Below, one piece after another: positions 17,987 through 26,945 of a stretch of 64,000 nucleotides of DNA. The DNA is taken from positions 243 to 64,242 of the forward strand of contig DHCY01000006.1 in NCBI GenBank assembly GCA_002399085.1. The letters are read 5' to 3'. The number at the start of each line of letters is the position of its first letter. Within the stretch, counting starts at the first letter, position 1. The stretch comes from Anaerolineaceae bacterium UBA4890 (GTDB taxonomy: Bacteria; Chloroflexota; Anaerolineae; Anaerolineales; Anaerolineaceae). The translations under genes were made by a program, and so were the position numbers. The notes under the pieces are model-generated. The model was not told the origin of the DNA and searched no databases. It saw nothing but the letters and a program-made list of their open reading frames with translations.

Positions 17987-19009
17987 TTGACTGACCAGGT
18001 TACACCACTTCTGGATGCAGTTTTGGCAGGGCGGTTGCGCAGGGAATACCTGCTGCCAGTATCCTCACCGCCCCATCTCAACCAACCTGGCGGCAACCTT
18101 GGTTATGCAGCCGCATCTTATTTGTTATGGGGAGGGAAGCCCGGGCTGGTCGCGCGCGTGAACAAGACCTTCCCAGCAGACTGGCTGGAGCGATTTGAAC
18201 TCGCCGGAGCTGACATCGCCGGAATACGCCAGGTACCCGAAGCGATTGACGATCGCTTTTTCGTGACCTATACCACGGAAATGCAGCCAAAACATGACAA
18301 TCCGATCTCATGGTTTGCTGAAAGGGGGAAGCCTTTCCCACAGGAACTGCTCGGTTACAGCCCTACCATTCCAATTTACTGCAGTAAAAGCGATTATCGC
18401 CCCGACAGTATTCGCGTTACTGATATTCCTCAGTCATACCTGGATGCCACGGCTGCCCACATCTGCCCGATTGATTTCATCTCCCATAAAATTTTGCCCT
18501 CCGTGCTCAAAGGCGGTATGGTTTCTACTCTGACCATGCGTGCCTGCACATGTTATATGGATCCAATTTTTTGGGAGGAGATCCGCGCGCTGATCACAGA
18601 CCTGACCGCTTTTATGATGACGGACACCCAGGCGCTAAAGTTATTCCAGGGCAGAAGTGTAGACCTGTGGGAGATCGCCAGAATTTTGACACAATACGGA
18701 CCAGAATACATCCTGATCAACACCAAAGACGGCACGCTGATGGTGTATTCGCGTCTAAAAAAGAAACGCTGGCTCATTCCCGCTTATTCAGGCAAAGCTG
18801 AAAACCCCACCGGTATGATGGATGCTTTCGATGCTGGTTTTTTGGCTGGCTATCGGAAGGAGTATGACGTTGTGCAAGCGGCACTTTGCGGGATGGTCAG
18901 TGCTTCGTTTTGTGCTGAAGGTAGTGGACCGTTTTACCTGTTGGAATGCTTGCCTGGGTTAAAAGAAGCGCGGTTCAAGGTCTTGAGTCAACAGGTAATG
19001 GAGGTGTAG
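17987..19009 (+). CDS. PfkB-family (ribokinase-like) carbohydrate/nucleoside kinase, divergent
   Basis: 340 aa. The N-terminal GGNLGYAA motif is GG-x3-N-x-A-like. The C-terminal motif PTGMMDAFDAGFL is a variant of DTxGAGDxF. The TTG start lies immediately after the PPK2 stop. Confidence 0.6.
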   Translation: MTDQVTPLLDAVLAGRLRREYLLPVSSPPHLNQPGGNLGYAAASYLLWGGKPGLVARVNKTFPADWLERFELAGADIAGIRQVPEAIDDRFFVTYTTEMQPKHDNPISWFAERGKPFPQELLGYSPTIPIYCSKSDYRPDSIRVTDIPQSYLDATAAHICPIDFISHKILPSVLKGGMVSTLTMRACTCYMDPIFWEEIRALITDLTAFMMTDTQALKLFQGRSVDLWEIARILTQYGPEYILINTKDGTLMVYSRLKKKRWLIPAYSGKAENPTGMMDAFDAGFLAGYRKEYDVVQAALCGMVSASFCAEGSGPFYLLECLPGLKEARFKVLSQQVMEV

Positions 19010-19862
19010 CCGAGGGCAGGGGCGTCTCGGTGGAAAGCGAAGGCGGGCTGATTGGAATGAGCTCAATTTCGTAGAGCCATTGCCATTTTTTTCCGGTGAT
19101 GAACAGGCGGTCGGTTTCGGCATCATAGGCTATGCCGTTCAATACTTCTCCCTGGTCAGTCAGATTCTCTTCAGGGCGCAGACCACGCATATCCAGCATG
19201 GTCTCAACCAACCCGGTTTCCGGATTGATGATGGCGATCTGTTCTGAAAGATAAATGTTGGCATAAATTTTCCCGTTGATAAATTCCAGTTCATTCAGAT
19301 ATTCAATGGGATGATCCTGCCAGGTGACCAGGGTTGCTTTGTGCGAAAACCCACTGGTCGGGTCGAACCAAAACAACTTATTGCTGCCATCAGAGAGGAT
19401 CAGGGCAGTGCCATCGCTGGTAAGCCCCCAGCCTTCGGTGCTGTAAGAAAACTGACCCACTTTTTCAAAAGATTCCAAGTCGTAGATGAAAGCTGTGCCC
19501 TCCCGCCAGGTGAGCTGGTAGAGCAAACCATCCAGCTCCATCAGCCCTTCCGCAAAATATTGCTCTTCGAGCGTGACTTCCTGCAATACTTCGCCGCTTT
19601 GGGGATCTACCTTGCGCAAGCTGCTTTGCCCATACAAGCCGCAGCTCTCATAGAAAAAGCCGTCGCGGTAGATTAGCCCCTGCGTGTAACAACTTGGATC
19701 GTGCGGAAAGCGGTTGATAACCCGGTAACCACCATAATCACCCAATGCAAGCGATGTGGGGGTGGGTGTCATGGCGAGGCTTTCAGTGAACCCCTGGCAG
19801 GCAGATAAGATCAGCAAAGATATCGTAAGAAGCAGGATCAGAGGATACTTTTTATTAATCAT
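18975..19862 (-). CDS. glutaminyl-peptide cyclotransferase (beta-propeller type) lipoprotein
   Basis: 295 aa. Lipobox LSAC. FPHDPSCYTQGLIYRDGFFYESCGLYGQSSLRKVD and LNELEFINGKIYANI are typical of bacterial/plant glutamine cyclotransferase. Confidence 0.8.
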   Translation of the reverse strand: MINKKYPLILLLTISLLILSACQGFTESLAMTPTPTSLALGDYGGYRVINRFPHDPSCYTQGLIYRDGFFYESCGLYGQSSLRKVDPQSGEVLQEVTLEEQYFAEGLMELDGLLYQLTWREGTAFIYDLESFEKVGQFSYSTEGWGLTSDGTALILSDGSNKLFWFDPTSGFSHKATLVTWQDHPIEYLNELEFINGKIYANIYLSEQIAIINPETGLVETMLDMRGLRPEENLTDQGEVLNGIAYDAETDRLFITGKKWQWLYEIELIPISPPSLSTETPLPSATPPLPVDSRP

Positions 19863-19937
19863 ACGGGTACATTTTATCTTACTTTGCTAACCTAACATCC
19901 TGGGTGATAAAATGATGCAAACTCGACTGGAGGAAAT

Positions 19938-21179
19938 ATGACAGACGTTCTTGAACGCTTCTTACGCTATGTAAAAATTGACACTCAATCTACTTACCAT
20001 TCCAAGACATACCCCAGCACGCTCAAACAATTGGACCTCGCCCGGCTGTTGGCGGATGAATTACGCGTCTTGAATCTGACAGACGTGAAACTGGATGAGT
20101 ATGGCTACGTGACAGCGACGCTGCCCTCCAACGTGGACCACCCAACGCCAACGATTGGCTTCATCGCGCATATGGATACCAGCCCGGCTGCTTCTGGCAC
20201 GGATGTGCGCCCCCGCCTGGTGGAAAATTATGACGGCAGCGATATTGTGCTCAATGAAGAACAAGATATCCTGCTCAGACCCAGCCTGTACCCTGAGTTG
20301 AGCAAGCATATTGGAGAGACCCTGGTTGTAACAGATGGCACGACCCTGCTGGGCGCAGACGATAAAGCCGGTGTCGCCGCCATTATGAGTGCCATGGCGA
20401 CCCTGACTGCCCACTCTGAGATCCCGCATGGCAAAGTAAGGGTTGGCTTCACACCGGACGAAGAGGTTGGAGCCGGTGTGGATCACTTTGACGTTGCAGC
20501 CTTTGGTGCCGATTTCGCCTTTACCATGGATGGCGGACCGGTGGGCGAACTGGCATACGAAAACTTCAACGCAGCCGGGGCAGAGCTGATCATCCATGGC
20601 AAGAGTTTTCATCCTGGCGACGCGAAGGGCAAGTTGGTGAATGCGCTGCAGGTTGCCATCGATTTTCACAACCTCCTGCCCGTTTTCGATCGCCCGGAAC
20701 ATACCGAAAAACGCGAAGGCTTTATTCACCTGGTTTCACTAGGGGGCGAGGCGGAGGAGGCGCGTATGGAATACATCATCCGCGATCATGACCGCGGGCT
20801 GTTTGAAGAAAAGAAAACCCTGATGAGCCAGGCAGCCGAATATATCAACCAGCGTTTTGGGGCAGGGACGATCGAACTGCACTTGAAGGATCAGTATTAC
20901 AACATGCTCGAAAAAGTGGCACCACACCCGGAGATATTGGATTTGGCACGCAGCGCTTACCGTTCTTTGGGCGTGGAACCAGTGGAAGTGGCTGTGCGCG
21001 GGGGGACGGATGGCAGCCGGCTGTCGTTCATGGGCTTGCCGACCCCCAACCTTTTTACCGGTGGTTACAACTACCACGGAAGGTTTGAGTATCTTTCGGT
21101 GGAGGAACTCAAACTCGCCAGCCAGGTGGTCGTCGAAATCGCCCGATTGGCAGCAAATATGTCGCCAACTTCTCGTTAG
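19938..21179 (+). CDS. pepT: peptidase T (tripeptide aminopeptidase)
   Basis: 413 aa, M20B family: RFLRYVKIDTQS, GFIAHMDT, LGADDKAG. Confidence 0.92.
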   Translation: MTDVLERFLRYVKIDTQSTYHSKTYPSTLKQLDLARLLADELRVLNLTDVKLDEYGYVTATLPSNVDHPTPTIGFIAHMDTSPAASGTDVRPRLVENYDGSDIVLNEEQDILLRPSLYPELSKHIGETLVVTDGTTLLGADDKAGVAAIMSAMATLTAHSEIPHGKVRVGFTPDEEVGAGVDHFDVAAFGADFAFTMDGGPVGELAYENFNAAGAELIIHGKSFHPGDAKGKLVNALQVAIDFHNLLPVFDRPEHTEKREGFIHLVSLGGEAEEARMEYIIRDHDRGLFEEKKTLMSQAAEYINQRFGAGTIELHLKDQYYNMLEKVAPHPEILDLARSAYRSLGVEPVEVAVRGGTDGSRLSFMGLPTPNLFTGGYNYHGRFEYLSVEELKLASQVVVEIARLAANMSPTSR

Positions 21180-21215
21180 GACAATAGATAAGTTCATTCG
21201 ATATCAGGAGGAAAG

Positions 21216-22199
21216 ATGGACACAATCAAATCTTACTTAGACAACATGTTTATTAATCTGCCCAAAACACCAGAAGTGTTGGGGGCTAAAGATGAGCTCT
21301 TCCGAATGATGGGAGATAAATACAATCAACTCCGCAGCGAAGGCCGCACCGAAAATGAAGCCATTGGTCAGGTTATCGCCGAGTTTGGAGACCTGGAAAA
21401 ACTTGCCCCCAGGCTTGGTATTGGTCAAGAGGTCAATATCCTTGAATCGGCAGAATCCAATGAGGTCAGCATGACTGACGAGGATGTGCAACGTTATCTT
21501 GCAGTCACCCGGGAATCAAGCAGACTAATTGCCGGGGGTGTCGCTCTGATCTTGTTCGGTGTGATGGTCCTGATTTTCTTGCAGGCTATTGCAGACAGAG
21601 GGTTGCTGGCTGAGAATATCGCCCAAGCTATTGGTGTAGGCGGTCTGTTGCTATTGGTCGCTATCGCTGTCTACATGTTTATCATGGGTGGAATGAGAGT
21701 AGACCAGTATGAAAACCTGGAAACTAAGTTTGTCAGAATAGATCCCTATTTGCGCAATCGCATCAAATTACAGAAAGACGAGTATATCCCCACATTCGGT
21801 CGCATGATAGCTTCAGGTGTCTTTTTAATGATGCTCGGAGTGATTATGCTGGTCACTGTTGCTATTCTTGACATTGCCGATGATTTTGTTCTAGGGCTGC
21901 TGGTAGTAGGTTTGTTAGCCATGATAGCAATTGCGGTTAGTTTGTTCATCACGAGCGGAATGAAGAAGAGCACCTACGACAAGCTGCTTAATGAGGGTGA
22001 CTACACCAGGCGGAGGAAAGCAGAAGCCAATGTTTTGGAACCAATTGCCGGATTGTATTGGACGCTGGTGTTGGGTGGTTACCTGGCATGGAGTTTCCTT
22101 GGTAACGCCTGGGTAATTTCATGGGTAGTTTGGCCCCTGGCTGGTGTGCTCTTCGCCACAATATCAATCATTGTTTCCATGACGAGAAGACACCGCTAA
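21216..22199 (+). CDS. membrane protein with a soluble N-terminal helical domain and internally repeated TM hairpins (unknown function)
   Basis: 327 aa. The N-terminus (YLDNMFINLPKTPEVL...AIGQVIAEFGDLEKLA) resembles the prefix domain of DUF1700-like membrane proteins. Two similar 2-TM modules follow, plus a C-terminal TM pair. Confidence 0.55.
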   Translation: MDTIKSYLDNMFINLPKTPEVLGAKDELFRMMGDKYNQLRSEGRTENEAIGQVIAEFGDLEKLAPRLGIGQEVNILESAESNEVSMTDEDVQRYLAVTRESSRLIAGGVALILFGVMVLIFLQAIADRGLLAENIAQAIGVGGLLLLVAIAVYMFIMGGMRVDQYENLETKFVRIDPYLRNRIKLQKDEYIPTFGRMIASGVFLMMLGVIMLVTVAILDIADDFVLGLLVVGLLAMIAIAVSLFITSGMKKSTYDKLLNEGDYTRRRKAEANVLEPIAGLYWTLVLGGYLAWSFLGNAWVISWVVWPLAGVLFATISIIVSMTRRHR

Positions 22200-22220
22200 G
22201 AATCGCCTGACCTGGAATAA

Positions 22221-22257
22221 CAAAACGGATAGCAGAACCGCTATCCGTTTTTGTTTT
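22221..22257. terminator. bidirectional intrinsic terminator between convergent genes
   Basis: ACGGATAGC, loop AGAACC, GCTATCCGT, with flanking A-run and T-run (TTTTTGTTTT). Confidence 0.7.
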
Positions 22258-22278
22258 CGTGTTTGGGAAGGCTCAAAA

Positions 22279-22785
22279 TTAGCAGCAGCCATCACCGCAA
22301 TCGCTGGAAGAACAGCCTGCGCAGCCGTCGGCATAGTGCAGGTGACCGTGGGCAAGTTCTTCTTCGGTTGCCGGGCGGATTGAAAGAACGGTGACCTGGA
22401 ATTCCAGGTCTTTTCCTGCCATGGGGTGGTTCATATCCAGTTCAACCGAATCTTCGGTGATTGCAGTAGCCACAGCCTGGAAAACCTGACCAGAACCATC
22501 ACGCAGGTTCATCGGTTCGCCAAGGCGAATTTCAAAATCTTCAGGGAAAGATTCCCGATTAACTGTGATCACCATATTCGGGTCAAACTCCCCGTAGGCA
22601 TCCGTGGCTTTAACCAGGGCATGCTTGCGCTCGCCCACGTTTAAGCCGGTGAGTTCATTCTCGAGCCCGGGGATGATGTTGCCATGCCCGTGGAGGTATT
22701 CCAATAAGTTTGATTCAAGCTCCTGACCTTCAACGTTCAGGTTATAAGCAATTTGTACGACAACGTCGTTTTGAATAGTATCCAT
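22279..22785 (-). CDS. slyD: FKBP-type peptidyl-prolyl isomerase SlyD with a Cys/His-rich metal-binding tail
   Basis: The FKBP plus IF-domain sequence starts at MDTIQNDVVVQIAYNL (ATG at 22785). The C-terminal tail is HGHLHYADGCAGCSSSDCGDGCC. The track ORF extension to 22890 lacks homology. Confidence 0.85.
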   Translation of the reverse strand: MDTIQNDVVVQIAYNLNVEGQELESNLLEYLHGHGNIIPGLENELTGLNVGERKHALVKATDAYGEFDPNMVITVNRESFPEDFEIRLGEPMNLRDGSGQVFQAVATAITEDSVELDMNHPMAGKDLEFQVTVLSIRPATEEELAHGHLHYADGCAGCSSSDCGDGCC

Positions 22786-22950
22786 TCGTAATTCTCTTTC
22801 TGCTAAGTTAATATTAACTTTGCGATTATAACAGAATGATCGCCACTTTTCCTTTGCCGGTATAAATGTGATAAATCTCTTACAAATCATCTCGCGGAAA
22901 CCAATCCACCTTTTGGTGGAGCGCTGAACTGTACAGACTCTTCCCCGAAT

Positions 22951-22996
22951 GTGATAATCCCGATATAATCACCCTCTAATTGAAAATCTTTTTCAA
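22951..22996. promoter_or_regulatory. candidate Fur/Zur operator region in the slyD-zur divergent promoter
   Basis: GTGATAAT...ATAATCAC (inverted GTGAT/ATCAC at 22951-22972) contains a TGATAAT Fur-box-like half-site and a TATAAT. A perfect 7-3-7 palindrome TTGAAAA-TCT-TTTTCAA lies at 22980-22996, just upstream of the zur ATG. Confidence 0.4.
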
Positions 22997-23006
22997 TAAG
23001 GACAAA

Positions 23007-23438
23007 ATGGACTACAAGGCAATACTAACTCAAAATGGTTACCGACTCTCCCAACCGCGAAAGCAGGTGATTGAGTTGTTGCAAACCTCTGAAGTAGCCC
23101 TCAGCCCCCAGCAAATTCACCAGGCACTGCAACAAAAAAACTGTGAGTTGGGGTTGGTTAGTGTTTACCGGACGCTCGAACTACTGACTGAACTTGGGTT
23201 GGTCAGCGTGGTGTACGACCCGCAGCGCAACCCGGGATACATGCTCAGTACGGTTGGTCACCTTCACCACATCGTTTGCCAGGAGTGCCACAAGGCAATA
23301 GAATTCAGCGCTTCAAATGACATCGACCAGTTGGTCCAGCGAGTGGAGCAGGAGACCTCCTTCCAGGTTTTGGATCACTTTCTGCAGCTGTTTGGGCTGT
23401 GCCCCGATTGCCATCAAAAGCAGATTGCTGGAGAATAA
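23007..23438 (+). CDS. zur: Fur-family transcriptional regulator, probably the zinc uptake regulator
   Basis: Fur-family winged helix plus metal sites (HHIVCQECHK...CPDC). It lies directly upstream of znuACB-type genes. Confidence 0.8.
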   Translation: MDYKAILTQNGYRLSQPRKQVIELLQTSEVALSPQQIHQALQQKNCELGLVSVYRTLELLTELGLVSVVYDPQRNPGYMLSTVGHLHHIVCQECHKAIEFSASNDIDQLVQRVEQETSFQVLDHFLQLFGLCPDCHQKQIAGE

Positions 23439-23440
23439 TC

Positions 23441-24331
23441 TTGAAGAAAACGTTTCCATTTTTGTTGGTGTTTTCGTTGTTGCTGGGAGCCTGCGGCAGC
23501 CAGACAGGCAGCGAAACCGTCTTCACCGAAAACAACGGCATAAAAATATCTGTGAGTATCGCCTCGATTCAATGGCTGGTGGACCTGATCGGCGCAGAGC
23601 ACGTGCAGACCCAATCGCTCACCACCAGCGGAGACGACCCGCATACTTACGAGCCAACCCCAGCACAAATGATTGCCATGGCAGCCTCTGACCTTTACTT
23701 TACTGCCGGCGTTGAATTTGAGGCGGTTTGGCTCCCAAAATTCACTGATGCGAATAGTGACCTCAAGGTGGTTGACATCTCGGAAGGCATCAATCGCATC
23801 CCTGTCGCTGACCTGCACGGTTCGGTCGGCGACGAACACGAAGGTCTCGACCCCCATATCTGGCTTGCCCCCGAAAACATGAGGCTGATCGCCAATAACA
23901 TTGCCGCGACACTCGAGACTATGGACCCTGAAAATGCGGCGGATTATCAACTGAACCTCGCAGACGTACTGGCGAAGATCGTCGAGGTGGACCGCCAGCT
24001 GAGCCAGATGCTTTCGCAAACCCAACGGAGGCAATTTTTGATCATCCATCCTTCGTTGGGTTACTTTGCGCAAGCCTATGGGCTACAGATGGTCCCGGTT
24101 GAGGTTGACGGTCAGGAACCCAGCCCGACTGAACTTGCGGATATCCTGGCTGCTTCAAAGACCTATGCTTTCAACACGCTTTTTTTTCAGACCGGTACCA
24201 ACCCAGTCAATGTGCAAATGCTGGCGCAGCAAGCGGGAATAGACAAGATCGTCGAAATCGACCCAATGACCTATGACTGGGCTGCCAATATGCTTTCCAT
24301 CGGCGAAAGCTTGCAAGCGGCACTCAATTGA
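23441..24331 (+). CDS. znuA: metal (zinc) ABC transporter substrate-binding lipoprotein
   Basis: ZnuA/TroA family, with lipobox LLGAC. The TTG at 23441 is preceded by GGAGAA and follows the zur stop. The track ORF starts at a GTG at 23399, inside zur. Confidence 0.8.
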   Translation: MKKTFPFLLVFSLLLGACGSQTGSETVFTENNGIKISVSIASIQWLVDLIGAEHVQTQSLTTSGDDPHTYEPTPAQMIAMAASDLYFTAGVEFEAVWLPKFTDANSDLKVVDISEGINRIPVADLHGSVGDEHEGLDPHIWLAPENMRLIANNIAATLETMDPENAADYQLNLADVLAKIVEVDRQLSQMLSQTQRRQFLIIHPSLGYFAQAYGLQMVPVEVDGQEPSPTELADILAASKTYAFNTLFFQTGTNPVNVQMLAQQAGIDKIVEIDPMTYDWAANMLSIGESLQAALN

Positions 24332-24337
24332 GGAATT

Positions 24338-25117
24338 ATGGATAAACAAGCGGTTGTTTCAATCAAAGATCTTTGGGCAGGCTATGAAGCTGACACCGTT
24401 TTGGAGGATGTCAATTTTGAGATGTACCAGGATGACTTTGTCGGTCTGATCGGACCCAACGGCGGCGGCAAAACCACCCTGATCCGTGTGATCCTTGGGC
24501 TGCTCAAGCCAGAAAAAGGGACCATCACGGTCATGGGTCAGCAGGCTGCGCGGGGCAGAAAGCACATTGGCTATGTGTCCCAATTCCAGGTGGAAGACAA
24601 GCAGTTTCCAATCAGCGTTTGGGATGTGGTGGCGATGGGGCGCTTGCGCCCAAACCCTTTTCATAATTTTCGGCTTGCCAGCCATGACAAGGAAGCGATC
24701 GAGACTGCCCTTGAAGAAACAGGAATCGCAGATTTGCGAGAGCGCACCATGAATGAACTTTCAGGCGGGCAACGCCAACGCGTCTACATTTCAAGGGCAC
24801 TGGCAACTGAACCAAAAATCCTGCTATTGGACGAACCGACTTCCAGTGTCGACAGCCAATCCAGTAACCAGCTTTATGACCTTCTGGCTCAGCTAAATGA
24901 CCATATCGCTATCCTGCTTATCTCCCATGACCTGACAGCGATTTCCTCTAATGTGAAGACCATTGGTTGCGTCAACCGCCGCCTGGTCTACGAAGGCAAC
25001 AAAGAACTTACGCCAGAGATGATTGAGGCAGGTTACGGCTGCCCGATCGACTTGATCGCACACGGCGTTCCCCACCGCGTTTTGCCGGGGCATCAATACG
25101 AGGATCATCATGATTGA
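24338..25117 (+). CDS. znuC: metal (zinc) ABC transporter ATP-binding protein
   Basis: 259 aa: GPNGGGKTT, LSGGQRQR, LLLDEPTSSVD. Confidence 0.88.
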   Translation: MDKQAVVSIKDLWAGYEADTVLEDVNFEMYQDDFVGLIGPNGGGKTTLIRVILGLLKPEKGTITVMGQQAARGRKHIGYVSQFQVEDKQFPISVWDVVAMGRLRPNPFHNFRLASHDKEAIETALEETGIADLRERTMNELSGGQRQRVYISRALATEPKILLLDEPTSSVDSQSSNQLYDLLAQLNDHIAILLISHDLTAISSNVKTIGCVNRRLVYEGNKELTPEMIEAGYGCPIDLIAHGVPHRVLPGHQYEDHHD

Positions 25118-25937
25118 ACAACTGAGCACCATTTTTTCTTACGAGTTCATGCGCAACGCGCTGATTGCCAGTTTTTGGATCAGCCTTGCCGCCGGTGTGA
25201 TCGGCGCGCTGGTAGTGCTCAACCGAATTGTCTCGATCAGCGGGGGCATCGCCCATGCTGCTTATGGCGGCGTGGGGATTGCCTACTACTTTGGTCAGGA
25301 CCCGATGATCGGGGCACTGCTTTTTAGCACAGTGTCTGCGCTCATTATGGGTGCGGCACAGCGAAAGTCGAAATCGGGCGCCGATACCCTTATCGGGGTG
25401 ATGTGGTCGATCGGTATGGCAATTGGCATCATTTTTATCTCGCTAACCCGTGGTTATAAAGCCAACCTGATGAGTTACTTGTTTGGCAGCATATTGGCGG
25501 TTTCGGGCAGCGATTTGCGCCTGATGACCCTGGTTGCCGCCCTGGTACTTGGTTTCGTGATTTTCAACTACCGCAACCTACTGGCAATTTCGTACGATGA
25601 AACCTTCAGCACAGTGCGCAACCTGCCGGTGACCTTGCTCTACCTGACCATGCTGGTTTTGGTGGGACTGACTGTTGTGGTTGCCATGCGTATGGTTGGA
25701 CTGATTTTGGTGATCGCGCTGCTTTCGATCCCGCCGGCGATCGCCTTGTACCACTTTAAAGATGTGCGAGCGATTATGCTCATCTCGGTTGTTCTTAGTT
25801 TCCTTTTTTGCTTTTTTGGTTTGGTGATCTCTTTTCAAACCAATATCCAGGCAGGTCCGGTGATCATTCTTCTGGCTTCTGTAGCCTTTTTGCTGTCCAG
25901 CCTTGTACGGCGGTTGCACCTTTCAAGAAAATCGTGA
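25110..25937 (+). CDS. znuB: metal (zinc) ABC transporter permease
   Basis: 275 aa, about 8 TM, ABC-3 family sequence. Its start overlaps the end of znuC. Confidence 0.88.
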   Translation: MIEQLSTIFSYEFMRNALIASFWISLAAGVIGALVVLNRIVSISGGIAHAAYGGVGIAYYFGQDPMIGALLFSTVSALIMGAAQRKSKSGADTLIGVMWSIGMAIGIIFISLTRGYKANLMSYLFGSILAVSGSDLRLMTLVAALVLGFVIFNYRNLLAISYDETFSTVRNLPVTLLYLTMLVLVGLTVVVAMRMVGLILVIALLSIPPAIALYHFKDVRAIMLISVVLSFLFCFFGLVISFQTNIQAGPVIILLASVAFLLSSLVRRLHLSRKS

Positions 25938-26016
25938 CAATTGTCACTTCTTCGACGTCAATAAAACCTTTTCTTTGTTAAGGTGTTATTAAAACCATAG
26001 AGTACAATTAATAAGT

Positions 26017-26937
26017 ATGGGATTGAAGGAATTTATTCAGGATTCAGCGGTTATCAAAGCTGGCTTATGGGTCGGGAAAACTTTTTCTCTCCCTGCTCTG
26101 CGCCGCCTGGCAAAGTTTGTCGCAAAAATCATCGCTTCCCGTCAATCCAGCAGCATGGTTCGCAGCATAAAAGCCAATCAATGGGTAATCAGCGGCGAAT
26201 CGATGAACAAAGAAGAACTCCAGCAACGAACCGTTCGTGTCATTACTGCACAATTAATATCCTTAGCGGAATATTTTTATTACTACCAGCATCCACAAGA
26301 AGGGGCTGATCTGATCAGGCTAACCCCGGAAGCCGAAAAAGCTTTCGCGGATATCCGTGACCACAAAGTGCCCACTTTTATCCTTGGACCTCACATCGGA
26401 AATTATGACTTTTTTATGATGGCTCTGAGCTGGTTGAAAATTCCCCTTTATGTACTCGCCTACCCCAACCCAAATAACGCTTATAAAGAACAAAACAAGC
26501 TCAGAGCAGCCGTTGGCTTGCAGATTTATCCAATTTCCTTTAGCTCGTTTCGGGGCGCAAAACAAGCCCTGAAAGAGGGCTACGCCCTGGCTACCGGCAT
26601 TGATCGCCCGCTGGATAACCCCGAAGATGCCAAATACAAGCCTATCTTCTTTGGGCGACCAGCAGCGCTGCCGATATTTTATTCCCGCCTTTGCCTGGAC
26701 ACGGGTGCGATCGCACGCGTGGCTTGCGGCTACCGCCAGGAGGACGGCACTTTTGTTATCGACACTTCCGGACCAATCGTGATGGAAGCGCGCTACGACC
26801 TGGTTGAAGAAAATTTAATCAATGCCGAAAAGGTATTGAAGCCAACTGAAGAATTTATTCTTAGAAGTCCGGCTGAATGGGCTATGTTTTACCCGGTTTG
26901 GCCAGAAGTTATTCCTTTGATTGATCATTTACTATAA
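26017..26937 (+). CDS. lysophospholipid/lipid A-type (LpxL/HtrB family) acyltransferase
   Basis: 306 aa. The HX4D motif is present within GPHIGNYD. Overall similar to PF03279-type acyltransferases. Confidence 0.7.
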   Translation: MGLKEFIQDSAVIKAGLWVGKTFSLPALRRLAKFVAKIIASRQSSSMVRSIKANQWVISGESMNKEELQQRTVRVITAQLISLAEYFYYYQHPQEGADLIRLTPEAEKAFADIRDHKVPTFILGPHIGNYDFFMMALSWLKIPLYVLAYPNPNNAYKEQNKLRAAVGLQIYPISFSSFRGAKQALKEGYALATGIDRPLDNPEDAKYKPIFFGRPAALPIFYSRLCLDTGAIARVACGYRQEDGTFVIDTSGPIVMEARYDLVEENLINAEKVLKPTEEFILRSPAEWAMFYPVWPEVIPLIDHLL

Positions 26938-26945
26938 GAGGTGTC

